A stretch of 64,000 nt of DNA from a virus. Each line of letters opens with the position of its first letter. The stretch's first letter is position 1. The position numbers were made by a program, and so were the translations under genes. Shown in pieces: positions 1-10,209 of the stretch. The notes beneath the pieces are model-generated. The model searched no databases. It had not been told where the DNA came from and worked only from the letters and a program-made list of their open reading frames with translations. The stretch is taken from IMG/VR virus record IMGVR_UViG_3300044991_001407, positions 1 through 64,000 of that record; one strand, written 5' to 3'.

Positions 1-1065
1 GCCTTCAATTGGTTCAAACATACTTATCCCAACACGCTTAATTAAAGACTTAAGCATCTTGTCACATTGAGACTGCCAGTTGTATTCTTTAATGACCTTA
101 GGAGCTTGCTTGTAATAGTAATCACATTGAGCATCAAAATTATCAACCGCATTCTTCATCAACTCAACGGTTGAGTCAAAGTCTGGAAGAATGACATCGC
201 CAGTATGATAACCAGAGTGTTGTGTTTTACCAAGCGTTGATTCAATAATATTGTCACCAAGATATTTTTCATACGAACACCATCTACTTGTTGAAATGGT
301 AGGCATACCTGTTGCTAATGCCTGGAGAGGTATTAGCCCGAACCCTTCACCCTCTGTTGGGTATACCAAGATGTCATGATCGTGATATAGCTGAACCATC
401 TCTTCTTGCGTAATCGTTTTAAATATCTTTTTAACATTGCTCTCAGCAGGTTGATCAAACAGTCTCATGACGCTGTAACCATCTGGACTTCCATCGCCGT
501 GATACTTTAATGTAAGCTCAACATCGTCATTACCCTTGAATAGTTTAAGAAAGGCTGCTTCAACAAGATCTGCTCTCTTGCGAGCACTATCGGAGTCAAC
601 ATGAAGGAATCTAATCTTTCCCCGATTCCCTCTTTTAAAAGGTGTCCACATATCATCAACGCCTAATTCAAAGATATATGTAGGAGTGTCAACACCAGAG
701 TTAGCAACTGCATCTGCAGAGAACTGATTACCTACCCAGATCTCATCAAATGTTTTCATGGTGGGAATCCACCATTCCCAAGCTTTGGTCGCTTCTAGGT
801 ATGTACCGTTAATCTTGTACTGATGGTCATGATGTTTTTTAAATCCAGGCTGACGGAAATCCTGACCAGTTATATGGTGATGCCATTCTGGTTCCATATA
901 AAACATCTGAACCTGTGCAGACGGATCGTTATCAACAACCTGCATCTGCTTGCCATAATAAGTGAACTGATTAAAGTGCTTTACAATGTTGTTGTATCCA
1001 TAAGAATAGCCAAATATACCGTTTGCATCTTTAATATGCTGATCAGTATGGATTGAAAATATCAT
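1..1065 (-). CDS. GT4/GT-B glycosyltransferase (3' end runs off the window)
   Basis: Not in the ORF track. Hand translation from ATG 1065 is open to base 1: MIFSIHTDQH...RFLHVDSDSARKRAD...DILVYPTEGEGFGLIPLQALATGMP, the GT4 EGFGLxxLxA motif. Confidence 0.85.
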   Translation of the reverse strand, partial: MIFSIHTDQHIKDANGIFGYSYGYNNIVKHFNQFTYYGKQMQVVDNDPSAQVQMFYMEPEWHHHITGQDFRQPGFKKHHDHQYKINGTYLEATKAWEWWIPTMKTFDEIWVGNQFSADAVANSGVDTPTYIFELGVDDMWTPFKRGNRGKIRFLHVDSDSARKRADLVEAAFLKLFKGNDDVELTLKYHGDGSPDGYSVMRLFDQPAESNVKKIFKTITQEEMVQLYHDHDILVYPTEGEGFGLIPLQALATGMPTISTSRWCSYEKYLGDNIIESTLGKTQHSGYHTGDVILPDFDSTVELMKNAVDNFDAQCDYYYKQAPKVIKEYNWQSQCDKMLKSLIKRVGISMFEPIEG

Positions 1066-1066
1066 A

Positions 1067-1219
1067 TCAGACCGCCTCGTTTCGTAGCACTTTCCAAGCC
1101 TCATCTACCTTCTGTTTTAATTGAGAAGTATCAGTCTCTGGGTAAGCGTTTAGATATTCATCCTCAGCTTTTACATAGTTGCGGATAATCGCCCGCAACC
1201 GTTCAACTTCATTCGTCAT
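1067..1219 (-). CDS. small hypothetical protein (50 aa)
   Basis: ATGA overlap with the recA stop; MTNEVERLRAIIRNYVKAEDEY...; fills the gap exactly. Confidence 0.6.
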   Translation of the reverse strand: MTNEVERLRAIIRNYVKAEDEYLNAYPETDTSQLKQKVDEAWKVLRNEAV

Positions 1220-2130
1220 GAATTAATCCTTTTAAGGATATCCTTTGACTGTTTGGCAGTCAATTCAATTGAGCCCATGCCATTCCATTTGCTTTCTTCA
1301 TAGCTATACCAGGCACCCTTGCGTTGAATAATATCCATCTCAATGGCAATATCAATAATCTCACGCTCTTGGTCAATTCTTCCCTCTTGTGGCAGAACAT
1401 AATAATATCCCGTTGCCCCGATTGTCGGAATCTGTTTTGTCTTTTCAACAGTCCAAGTCGCTCGTTGCGAGGTGATCATGTTATTCTCCTCACGCTCCAT
1501 TTCGCCCTTTGACATTGACAAAAACAACTTCACAACATTATGCATGTTGTGGTGAACCGTATTGCCCATCTTGGCTTTCGTGATGGCAAACATTCCGCTC
1601 AAGTCAACCGTTTGGTGAGCAACAAACAACATGATGTTGCGTTCCTTATGGAGATAGTTCACCAGCTTCTGCAGCAGGTAGCCCTGCGAGCGTGACTGCA
1701 AACCCATTGCTTTACCACCTTCAGGCTTATCGTAGAACTCTTCCTTGATGATGTTAGACAGTGAGTCAAACAAGAAGATATGCTTCTCCTTATCATCCGT
1801 CAGATATCCGATCAGATTCTTCATGATGTCTTCCACAATCGTTGACTGAATGATTACAACATCTTCAATGTTAATCCCGCACTTGGCAGCATACTCATCA
1901 TTATAAGATGACTCCGAGTCAATGATGACGGGGCGATACCCAAGCTTTTGCGCTTCGGCAATAATCCGAAAACACATAGTCGTTTTACCCACCGATGGAG
2001 TACCCCAAAACAAGTGAGTCGCACCAGTATTAAGACCGCCACCCAAAGCCCGATTCAAACCGATGCTGGGAGTAGCAATAACATCATGAATGGGCATTGT
2101 GTGCCCTTTACGCTTATCTACAATTAACAT
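1216..2130 (-). CDS. recA: RecA/UvsX-like recombinase
   Basis: TPSIGLNRALGGG, Walker A GTPSVGKTT, IDSE, Walker B FLFDS, C-terminal IIQRKGAWYSY. Confidence 0.85.
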   Translation of the reverse strand: MLIVDKRKGHTMPIHDVIATPSIGLNRALGGGLNTGATHLFWGTPSVGKTTMCFRIIAEAQKLGYRPVIIDSESSYNDEYAAKCGINIEDVVIIQSTIVEDIMKNLIGYLTDDKEKHIFLFDSLSNIIKEEFYDKPEGGKAMGLQSRSQGYLLQKLVNYLHKERNIMLFVAHQTVDLSGMFAITKAKMGNTVHHNMHNVVKLFLSMSKGEMEREENNMITSQRATWTVEKTKQIPTIGATGYYYVLPQEGRIDQEREIIDIAIEMDIIQRKGAWYSYEESKWNGMGSIELTAKQSKDILKRINS

Positions 2131-2139
2131 ATTTCTCCT

Positions 2140-2574
2140 TTATTGAAACATTCTATCTAGAATTCTTGATTTAATAATCGTTGTTGATATATGTTCACTA
2201 TAAGGAACAAAGATTACTTTAATGTTGTGTTCGTCAAGCCATTCTTGGGTAAAGTCCATTTGTTTAAAATAGTCTTTGGTTTCCCAATCCGAGCCGACAA
2301 CAATGACATCCGCTTTTGACTCTAGGATAGCAGGTTTTGAGTCAGCACCGCCCGTGTTGATGATAACTTTATCCACCCATTTACAGGAAGATACAACTTC
2401 CATTCTTTCAAATAATTCACAAATTGGTGGTTCTTTATACTGAGCGCAGAACTCACTTGGGTTAACTGACACCACTACTTGACCATCAACGCCAGCTATG
2501 TTCTTACATCTCTCTAGTAATCTACTATGACCCGAATGAAATAGATCAAATGTTCCACCTGTATATACAATCAT
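2140..2574 (-). CDS. TagD-like (glycerol-3-phosphate-type) cytidylyltransferase
   Basis: GGTFDLFHSGH (HxGH), VGSDW and ISTT motifs. Confidence 0.85.
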   Translation of the reverse strand: MIVYTGGTFDLFHSGHSRLLERCKNIAGVDGQVVVSVNPSEFCAQYKEPPICELFERMEVVSSCKWVDKVIINTGGADSKPAILESKADVIVVGSDWETKDYFKQMDFTQEWLDEHNIKVIFVPYSEHISTTIIKSRILDRMFQ

Positions 2575-3293
2575 TTTTTCTCCAATGAAGCGCTAACGAA
2601 ATTCCATTTATTTGCATTATAAAAAGTAAATCTCTCAACACTATTAGCATCAGCTAGTGCATCTGAGTATTCAAACATAACCCGATCAAAATCCCTAAAT
2701 TCAAAATGATTAGTATCATTAACCAAAACTGTTGGAGTACTTGGAATACTAACTGTCTTGCAGTTGATACCAGCCCAAGCCAAAACATTTCTAGAATCCA
2801 AGTGCTTTACTCCTGTTCTAAAGTCCATAACATCCCTTCTCCACACATTCATACTTGCCAATGTCGCAGCAATTAAAAATGATTTGTCATTAAGTGTATC
2901 TATCAACCCAGACATTGTACCAGAAAACCCAGGTGTTACTTCACCAGAATATGGTGCAAATTGCATTATGCGGTCTGTTCCATCAAGCATTGATAAAATA
3001 GTATCTATAGCCCCTGGTAGGATAATGTCATCATCCCCAACGACCCATACATACTCTCCGTCACCAGCTGTAATTCCATATAAACAATTTCCATCACAGC
3101 CAATATTTTGTTTTCTAACTGAATACTCAGATACATAATCTTTATATTTATAAACGATATCCCCTGCAAATCCATCTTGATCATTGTCAGAAACAATAAT
3201 CTCAACACGATCATTATGCTGCATTGCAATACTATTTAAGCAAGCATCAAGTGATTCTCTTTTATATGTAGGAATGTATATCGTTAATTTCAT
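2571..3293 (-). CDS. GT2 glycosyltransferase
   Basis: IYIPTYKR, EIIVSDN, NIGCDGN and GDDD (DxD) motifs. Confidence 0.85.
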   Translation of the reverse strand: MKLTIYIPTYKRESLDACLNSIAMQHNDRVEIIVSDNDQDGFAGDIVYKYKDYVSEYSVRKQNIGCDGNCLYGITAGDGEYVWVVGDDDIILPGAIDTILSMLDGTDRIMQFAPYSGEVTPGFSGTMSGLIDTLNDKSFLIAATLASMNVWRRDVMDFRTGVKHLDSRNVLAWAGINCKTVSIPSTPTVLVNDTNHFEFRDFDRVMFEYSDALADANSVERFTFYNANKWNFVSASLEKK

Positions 3294-6200
3294 TAGACAA
3301 CAGCTTTAACCAGATTTTTTCTCTCAATATAATTATCAATATTGATAATAGCAGTATCCGATTCTACCTTGTATGAGTCCATGCGAGTTAGAGTTTGCTT
3401 TTCTTCAATCTTTGAAAGCCTAGCCGCATACCACTGCCCTTGCTTTATGATTCCCTTAAGCTTGGTATATGGTCTAGGAAAAATAACAACCTTGAATATT
3501 TGCCTACCATCCCAGCAATACATATTAGCCATGATCTTATCTTTTGATGTTGTAAAGACTCTTGAGTGCATTACATACATTAGTGTCTTTTCTTCATCAA
3601 CATGACCAAGACCAGTATCGTATAGCCAATTATATTCGTGATTGTCACCCTTCTGTCTAAGAGTAATAAACTTATGCAAATCTGAGCCAATGAAATTATA
3701 GGCATCACAGAATGAATGGAGTGTTCTATCTCCAATCAAAGCATACACATAATCTCTATTTGCCATTTCAGTGTTTCTATCCGCAAATACGGTAGCCGAA
3801 CCTGAGTGATCTTCAAATTCAATTCTCAGATACTGCGGTGTTTTCTTTGTTGATCTAACAATTGCTTTGATAAGGGTTAATGGAGAATTGATTTCATGGA
3901 AGTCAGCAAGGTTGCCAACGAACTCATCCATCTCATTCTTTTCTTCACCTGACTGGATGGAGAATCCCAGGACTGGTAGATAGTATCTTTCGTGCTGATA
4001 TTGAGATACATGATTAAGTGACGCATAAGCACCAACCTTTTCTAAGTTTTCTCTAAGCGGAGCTTTAACAGCGGATTTAGAGCATTTATTATTAAATTCA
4101 TCTAGACAATTGAATGGTCTCTTAGATGTTATTTCTTTAATAGCTGATGTACCACAACCAGCAACATTGGACAGACCAAATCTAATTCCCTCTACTCCAT
4201 CTTTATCATATGTTGTAAAGTATTCTTCCGAATAGTTAACATCTGGTGGAAGGATATTAATCTTTAACCTTTGAGCTTCCATGAGGTAGGCAGTGATTTT
4301 CTCAGATGAGTCTTCGTTGTATAAAAGAGACCATATGAACTCAAGTGGATAGTTAACTTTCAACCACATTGTTTGATACGAAAGCATTGAATATGCTACA
4401 GCGTGTGATTTATTGAACATATATAGAGCAGACATTTCAAACTCAGACCACATTTGCTTCGCTTCTGCTTTTGGAATGATCGCATTATTGATAAACTTAT
4501 CTTTATACTGCTTGAATTCTGCAACATCTCTTTTCTTTCCGATAATCTTTCTTAGTTTGTCAGCATCTGACCAAGTGAATCCCGATATCCTTACTGACAT
4601 TTGCATCAATTGCTCTTGGAAAATTACAGTACCGTATGTTTCCTCAAGAATATCTTTTACTGATTTATCAGGATAGTAAGGTTCAGTAAAACCCTTCTTG
4701 CAATCAATATATTTCTGACCCTGCGAAAGCAAAGCTCCTGGTCTAACTAATGCGTTTGATACAACAAGGTCATTGAAGTTATCAATCCCCATTCTTTCAA
4801 TTAGATTTCTGTAGGCTGCAGCATCAGTTTGAAACACGCCTACGGTATTACCGTTATTAAAGTTATTAAATACCGCTTGATCGTCAAGTGCCAGTGATTG
4901 AGCTTCTACATCAACCCCCTTAAGCTCCTTAATCTTCGCTAAGCAGTCTTTAATCACAGATACGGTCTTTAGACCCAAGATGTCAATCTTAATAAGCCCA
5001 ACGGCTTCTGCATCTGTCATATCAAATGCTGTAACAGTTACACGCTCTCCACCATCTGTTTCTTTTCTTGTTTCAATTGGGCATACTTCATTTAATGGAA
5101 TAGAAGAAACCACCATGCCAGCCGCATGAACACCAGCGTTTCTAATTCTTCCCTCTAGTCTCTTCGCAACCTTTGGGACATCTGGATACTTATTACAAAA
5201 GATTTTTCCCTTAGGAGATTCCAAAAGCTCCTCAATCGTTTCAAAGAAAGGAGTGATGTTATTAGTTTCTTCATATGAAACCTGAAGAACTCTAGCAACA
5301 TCTTTAATAGCCGACTTAGGCTTAAAAGTACCGTAAGTAGTGATTGCAGCAACATTGTCATGTCCCCATCTTTCTCTTAAATAAGACTTAGCTTCATTTC
5401 TACGCTTGTCCTCAAAGTCCAAGTCAATGTCAGGATAGTCGTTACGATCAGGGTTGATAAATCGTGCAAACAACAAATTATATTTGATTGGATCTACTTT
5501 TGTAATGTTGAGAAGGAATGCCATTACGCTACCACCAACAGAACCACGACCAGTACCACGACCAATGCCATTCGCATCAGCCCAGGAAATCAAATCCCAT
5601 ACAATTAGGAAGTAATCAGAGAATCCAAGTTGCTTGATAATCCCAAGCTCTTCATCAAGCCTTGTCTTGTACTCATCACCAAGATTGAGTTCTTTCAATC
5701 TAAAGTTTGTAAGTTCGGATAAGTACTCGTCTGAGTTAAGTGACTTCATGTACTTTGGAAGAAGATTTCTTCTCTTTACAATCTCAGCACTACACTTACT
5801 TGCAACCTCAATTGTATTTTCTAGAATATCCTGCCTATCGTACCCAGCTTCTTTAAACCAAGAAAGCACAGTCGTAGCGTCAGCAATATATGGATTGATA
5901 TCATCAAACCGCAAATACCTATCAGGGTACAGGTGATTAACTCTGTCAATCAAATCTGGACCACAAGTATGTAGTGTTGCAAGATTTTCTTTTGCAGCAT
6001 TAATTGTTTGAGCACCAATACTTGGGTACTGGGATACAAGAAGGAGAACTTCTTCTACACCCTTATCTGCATGCGTTGGGAAATGGCAGTCAGCAGTTGC
6101 TACTGCCTTCTTTCCAAATGATGACGCTAAGTCAAGCAATCCATCATTAATCTCTTTTGGGTTCCAAGCTTGTAACTCAAAGTAGAAGTCATCTTTAAAT

Positions 6201-6691
6201 ATCTTGACAAACCGTTCAGACAATTGCTCTGCCCGCCCATATTCTCCAGCCTCAATTGCTTTTGAAATAGAACTCCCTCTACAGCCAGAGAGTGCAATGA
6301 TGTCATCATCAACCATGTCTTCTAGAAGATCAAAATCAATTCTTGGCTTGTAATAGAAATTATCCTGCCAGCCAATCTGTGACATTTTAAATAACTTATT
6401 AAGACCAGTATTATTCTTGGCAAGAAGGATTAGGTGAAACCTCTCATGCTTGCCATCACCATCGTTCTTTACTGATGGTACAAAATATGCCTCAACACCA
6501 AAAACTGGTCGTACAGCATTTTTCTGACACGCATCTTGAAATCTAAGCACTCCAGCCATTGTTCCGTGATCTGTAATCGCTGCAGCAAACTGCCCATTAG
6601 AGCTTGACATCTGCGCAATTTCTTCGGGTGTTGACATTCCGTCTAGTAGCGAGTGCTCGCTATGACAATGCAAGTGGACAAACTCTGTCAC
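3293..6691 (-). CDS. dnaE: DNA polymerase III alpha subunit (family C) with PHP domain
   Basis: HLHCHSEHSLLDG, TDHG, GRGSVGGS, PDIDLDF, KIDILGL, FNKSHA; no intein apparent. Confidence 0.95.
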   Translation of the reverse strand: MTEFVHLHCHSEHSLLDGMSTPEEIAQMSSSNGQFAAAITDHGTMAGVLRFQDACQKNAVRPVFGVEAYFVPSVKNDGDGKHERFHLILLAKNNTGLNKLFKMSQIGWQDNFYYKPRIDFDLLEDMVDDDIIALSGCRGSSISKAIEAGEYGRAEQLSERFVKIFKDDFYFELQAWNPKEINDGLLDLASSFGKKAVATADCHFPTHADKGVEEVLLLVSQYPSIGAQTINAAKENLATLHTCGPDLIDRVNHLYPDRYLRFDDINPYIADATTVLSWFKEAGYDRQDILENTIEVASKCSAEIVKRRNLLPKYMKSLNSDEYLSELTNFRLKELNLGDEYKTRLDEELGIIKQLGFSDYFLIVWDLISWADANGIGRGTGRGSVGGSVMAFLLNITKVDPIKYNLLFARFINPDRNDYPDIDLDFEDKRRNEAKSYLRERWGHDNVAAITTYGTFKPKSAIKDVARVLQVSYEETNNITPFFETIEELLESPKGKIFCNKYPDVPKVAKRLEGRIRNAGVHAAGMVVSSIPLNEVCPIETRKETDGGERVTVTAFDMTDAEAVGLIKIDILGLKTVSVIKDCLAKIKELKGVDVEAQSLALDDQAVFNNFNNGNTVGVFQTDAAAYRNLIERMGIDNFNDLVVSNALVRPGALLSQGQKYIDCKKGFTEPYYPDKSVKDILEETYGTVIFQEQLMQMSVRISGFTWSDADKLRKIIGKKRDVAEFKQYKDKFINNAIIPKAEAKQMWSEFEMSALYMFNKSHAVAYSMLSYQTMWLKVNYPLEFIWSLLYNEDSSEKITAYLMEAQRLKINILPPDVNYSEEYFTTYDKDGVEGIRFGLSNVAGCGTSAIKEITSKRPFNCLDEFNNKCSKSAVKAPLRENLEKVGAYASLNHVSQYQHERYYLPVLGFSIQSGEEKNEMDEFVGNLADFHEINSPLTLIKAIVRSTKKTPQYLRIEFEDHSGSATVFADRNTEMANRDYVYALIGDRTLHSFCDAYNFIGSDLHKFITLRQKGDNHEYNWLYDTGLGHVDEEKTLMYVMHSRVFTTSKDKIMANMYCWDGRQIFKVVIFPRPYTKLKGIIKQGQWYAARLSKIEEKQTLTRMDSYKVESDTAIINIDNYIERKNLVKAVV

Positions 6692-7216
6692 TTAAATCTC
6701 CAATTCGTAAAGGTTTTCAATACAAGGTAAATCATTCCAGAAAGGCTTATTGTACCATGCTTTTCGGAGATAGCAGTTTATACCGTGTTCTCTTAAAGAA
6801 ATAACTTCGTGAGGATTATCCTCAACCATAAATATAGGTTTAATTTCAGAAACAATTTCATGCTTCTTGTTTATTTTTGCAAACTTAGGTCTGAGAGTGT
6901 TTATTCTCCAAGCGTCAAGCCAGGGCTCTGTCATTCTTACAGAAGCCTCTCTCTTCCTTGCTGTTACAATATGAACATCAATATCATCTGAAAACCATTT
7001 ATTAATTTGGTACCAAGCATCCTCAAATGGAATAAGATTCTTCCAAAACAATTCATTGGAAAATAGCTTTAACGCTTCTTTATCTTTTGTATCAGAAATC
7101 AACCAGCTACTGTAGTCTTCATCAACACCAAAGTTGTAATGAAGATAATTAGATATTGCAGTATCAATATCGGCAATTACGCCATCAAGGTCAAGAACAA
7201 TTGACTTACGCTTCAC
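6692..7216 (-). CDS. HAD-family 5'(3')-deoxyribonucleotidase-like protein
   Basis: LDLDGVIAD, VTAR, VEDNP and WYN motifs. Confidence 0.75.
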   Translation of the reverse strand: MKRKSIVLDLDGVIADIDTAISNYLHYNFGVDEDYSSWLISDTKDKEALKLFSNELFWKNLIPFEDAWYQINKWFSDDIDVHIVTARKREASVRMTEPWLDAWRINTLRPKFAKINKKHEIVSEIKPIFMVEDNPHEVISLREHGINCYLRKAWYNKPFWNDLPCIENLYELEI

Positions 7217-7230
7217 AAAAATCCTTTGTT

Positions 7231-7255
7231 AAAGGGGAGGGGTTCCCCCCTCCCC
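7231..7255 (-). terminator. intrinsic terminator-like hairpin downstream of the SSB gene
   Basis: GGGGAGGGG/CCCCTCCCC stem followed by a short TTT on the minus strand. Confidence 0.6.
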
Positions 7256-7267
7256 AATGAATAACAA

Positions 7268-7915
7268 TCACCAACTATCTTTATTTAGCTCACCAGTTGT
7301 CAAGAAAATCTGTTGCTTTTCATATGGAAGAGTCATGTAAACACTTTCCAAATCATGCATTGGCAAATCCTTGATTACCTTTGTTGCTTCAGAAACATTC
7401 AAAGGGATAAGGCTATAGTTAGTATCGGAAGCTGAAGAACCAGTTCGTGAATACTTGTACTCACGGTCTGTAATTGTTCCAAACTCCTTAGCATACTCAA
7501 TCAGAGTAAGACCAACATGGCGCTGATTGAAGGTAGTGTCAAGAATTCGTGGTTCCCAAACTCCTGGCTCAACTTCAACTGCAATGTTGATCAATAGGTG
7601 CGGCTTAGGTCTCCAAGCCTTATCAGATACTGATTGCTCAGTAGCCCAGCAACGATAGTTAAACTTTTCAAATGAAGCGGTAGATGCAACTCTCCACTTC
7701 CAGTTGATTGGTGATGTAACTACTGGAACTGAAATACCAGTACCGATTTCCTCATCAAAAAACTTAGCGTCTTCTGTGAGTTCCTGTCTAAAGCGAATCT
7801 TGAATGAATCGCCTGATTGAAGAGTAAAGTATTTCTTTACCCCCTTTGCTGTGCCTTGAGTTGGCACAACGGCTTTCTCAAGGTCTTTTAGTGTTTTAAG
7901 TGATGTAAATGACAT
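7268..7915 (-). CDS. single-stranded DNA-binding protein (gp32-like)
   Basis: KYFTLQSGDSFKIRF...YKYSRTGSSASDTNYSLIP pattern; lies between primase and polymerase; ends in DSW. Confidence 0.65.
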   Translation of the reverse strand: MSFTSLKTLKDLEKAVVPTQGTAKGVKKYFTLQSGDSFKIRFRQELTEDAKFFDEEIGTGISVPVVTSPINWKWRVASTASFEKFNYRCWATEQSVSDKAWRPKPHLLINIAVEVEPGVWEPRILDTTFNQRHVGLTLIEYAKEFGTITDREYKYSRTGSSASDTNYSLIPLNVSEATKVIKDLPMHDLESVYMTLPYEKQQIFLTTGELNKDSW

Positions 7916-7923
7916 AATGTCTC

Positions 7924-8823
7924 CTATATGATTATTTGTTTGTTATTGATACTGTCTTGTATTTGCTTTATTGACATTTCCCCTGGATCTTTCAACCCAT
8001 CAGAAATGCTCGCTGTGTACAGTTCTTTACCACAGCAAGAATTAATTATAGCATCTCGCATCGCATTACCAGCTTCATCGTTATCAGAAAAGATAATAAT
8101 TTTGTCAAAGTATTTCTTTAACATAGATACTTGCTGTGCGGACACCTGTGCTCCGAGTGTTGCTACGACATTTGGAAATCCAGCTTCGTGGACCTTCATC
8201 GCATCAACACTCCCTTCTACTATTATAACATCAGGGTGATGCTTCGCATTCTGAATATTGAACAGAACAAGGGCTCTCTTAAAGCCAGTGTTATACAGAT
8301 ATCGGGGTTCCTGCTCTGACTCTATTGCACGACCAATCAACCCAACTAGCTTATATTGAGGGTTACGGACTGGCACTACAATACGATTCTTGTTTTCAGA
8401 AAACCCAATCTCAAAATGCTCAAGAGTATCTAGCGACAGACCCCTTTCAATAAACGGAGTCAATTTTGATGTTTTGCTACTGTCTTCGTAGTCAATAAGA
8501 ACATTATCAAGATTAAGCTCTTGCTCTGCAACTGGCGGTCTGAGCGCACGATCTAACTCGTTCTTCAAAGCGGTTGGGTCTAATACAGTTTGCCGACCAT
8601 ATGACTTACCAGTTATCTGACGATACAGTTTCTTGAAATTACCCTTTTCTCCACAAGATGGATTGAAACACTGCCATAACCCAGTCTTTTTATTCAGATA
8701 GAAAGATGGCGTGTTCCTGTTCTTATGGAACGGGCAATAGATAGTAACTTCATTACCAGACTCAGCATGGATTTGAATCCCATACTTACTGAAAAGTTCT
8801 TTTACTTCAATCTCTAGATTCAT
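7924..8823 (-). CDS. dnaG: DNA primase (CHC2 zinc finger + TOPRIM)
   Basis: CPFH...CFNPSC zinc finger; IIVEGSVD and FSDNDEAG TOPRIM; start moved to ATG 8823 to avoid overlapping the upstream ORF. Confidence 0.9.
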   Translation of the reverse strand: MNLEIEVKELFSKYGIQIHAESGNEVTIYCPFHKNRNTPSFYLNKKTGLWQCFNPSCGEKGNFKKLYRQITGKSYGRQTVLDPTALKNELDRALRPPVAEQELNLDNVLIDYEDSSKTSKLTPFIERGLSLDTLEHFEIGFSENKNRIVVPVRNPQYKLVGLIGRAIESEQEPRYLYNTGFKRALVLFNIQNAKHHPDVIIVEGSVDAMKVHEAGFPNVVATLGAQVSAQQVSMLKKYFDKIIIFSDNDEAGNAMRDAIINSCCGKELYTASISDGLKDPGEMSIKQIQDSINNKQIII

Positions 8824-8992
8824 CGTCAAAAATGATTGAGAATGAAAATATTTCGGATTGTTTATCATAGTCCGTAAAAAGTCTTGTCTTCCCTGTGTAG
8901 CCATATTTAATTCTCGCTTCGTCTTCCATCCAAGGTCTAAGTTTAGCAATTGTCTCTATGTCTTTTGCAGTTCCCATGAGCATGCCTGGCAT
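8807..8992 (-). CDS. small hypothetical protein
   Basis: TAATG coupling to the dnaB stop (MPGMLMGTAKDIETIAKLRPW...). Confidence 0.55.
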   Translation of the reverse strand: MPGMLMGTAKDIETIAKLRPWMEDEARIKYGYTGKTRLFTDYDKQSEIFSFSIIFDDESRD

Positions 8993-10209
8993 TAAATGTC
9001 CCATTCTTCTGCCCACTTTCCAGTCTCTAGGTTCCATCTAAGGTAGAAACCAAAGTGATGTGCTCTTCTCACCTTTCGTGAAACAACCTGAAACACATCT
9101 GAGGATGGTTCTCTGTGAATTGCAAGAACGAGGTCGGCATCATAAGCTAACTGCTTACTCCATGCAACTTCCTCAAGCTCTGGTGGTCGCTCTGAGTGAC
9201 CCTCTGACATGGTTACTGCAGCGACATCTATAATTGGGACATTGTTTTTGACTGCCATTCGCTTAAAAGCCTTAGAGAGATTCTTAGCCTTCTCAGTTTC
9301 TGTTTTAGCACCACTGGAGTCATCAAACAGACCATGATAATCAAGAATAACAAGGTCAGGATGATATTGGTCAATCTTTGCCTGCACCATGTTTTGATCT
9401 GCTGTCTCAAGACCTTCTGATGTTACAAGATGGATTGCATGCTTACCCTCAAACATTTCCTCTGCCCACTTCTCATACTTATCTACAACAGCAGGGTTTG
9501 CTCTTACAAGGTCTGTATTAGTAAAGTTACCCTCTCCATTGTTAAGCAAAGTATCAAGTCGCTGACCTTCTTGAATCTTATTCATTTCAAGAGAAATAAT
9601 AAGCGGTCTATAACCAGCCCTCCATGCATTTACCGCAAACAATCGTGCAATAAATGATTTACCAACGCCAGTCCAGCCAAGCAAAACAACAAAGTCCCCT
9701 GGTTGCCAACCACCGAATGTTTTATCAATAACATTGATACCACTAGGTACCCCTTGAAGCTCGTTGTTATCTCGCAACGATCTCTCTTTAAGGCTTTGCG
9801 CTCTATCTCTCCATTCACCAGCCAAATCTGTATCCTTAAGACTGCTAGAGAATTTGTAGAGTCTTGAGGTTTCTTCCATCAGGTATGATAACGATTCTTT
9901 TGGACCAAGATCACTAAGAATTGCGTGAGCTTTGGAAACAATAGATCTAGTCTGATAGGAGAGCGATTCTCGCCTTGCTTCATCAACATAGTATTTAAGA
10001 GGCTCTGGGGTGAGTACGAAATCAAAATCAGCGTAGTGATGTTTGATCGTATCCTTTGACGGAACTTTCTTATGCTCGTCATAGTGAGAAACAATGAAGT
10101 TCCAAATATCTCTATTCTCTACAAAGACATTCTCCACACCTTGGTTAACAGCTTCTACATAACCATTGCTTTCAACAATTGAGTTAAGCAATCTTGTTTC
10201 ATAATTCAT
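8992..10209 (-). CDS. dnaB: replicative DNA helicase
   Basis: GGWQPGD, GWTGVGKS, SLEM, ILDY and YDADLV SF4 motifs. Confidence 0.92.
   Translation of the reverse strand: MNYETRLLNSIVESNGYVEAVNQGVENVFVENRDIWNFIVSHYDEHKKVPSKDTIKHHYADFDFVLTPEPLKYYVDEARRESLSYQTRSIVSKAHAILSDLGPKESLSYLMEETSRLYKFSSSLKDTDLAGEWRDRAQSLKERSLRDNNELQGVPSGINVIDKTFGGWQPGDFVVLLGWTGVGKSFIARLFAVNAWRAGYRPLIISLEMNKIQEGQRLDTLLNNGEGNFTNTDLVRANPAVVDKYEKWAEEMFEGKHAIHLVTSEGLETADQNMVQAKIDQYHPDLVILDYHGLFDDSSGAKTETEKAKNLSKAFKRMAVKNNVPIIDVAAVTMSEGHSERPPELEEVAWSKQLAYDADLVLAIHREPSSDVFQVVSRKVRRAHHFGFYLRWNLETGKWAEEWDI

Noticed and set aside
3293-6691. Intein or intron in dnaE (also checked dnaB, recA, nrdJ)
   Set aside because: Lengths are ordinary and I saw no C...HN splice or LAGLIDADG motifs
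8824-8949. N-terminal extension of the primase in the ORF track
   Set aside because: Overlaps a translationally coupled small ORF; ATG 8823 fits the zinc-finger start better
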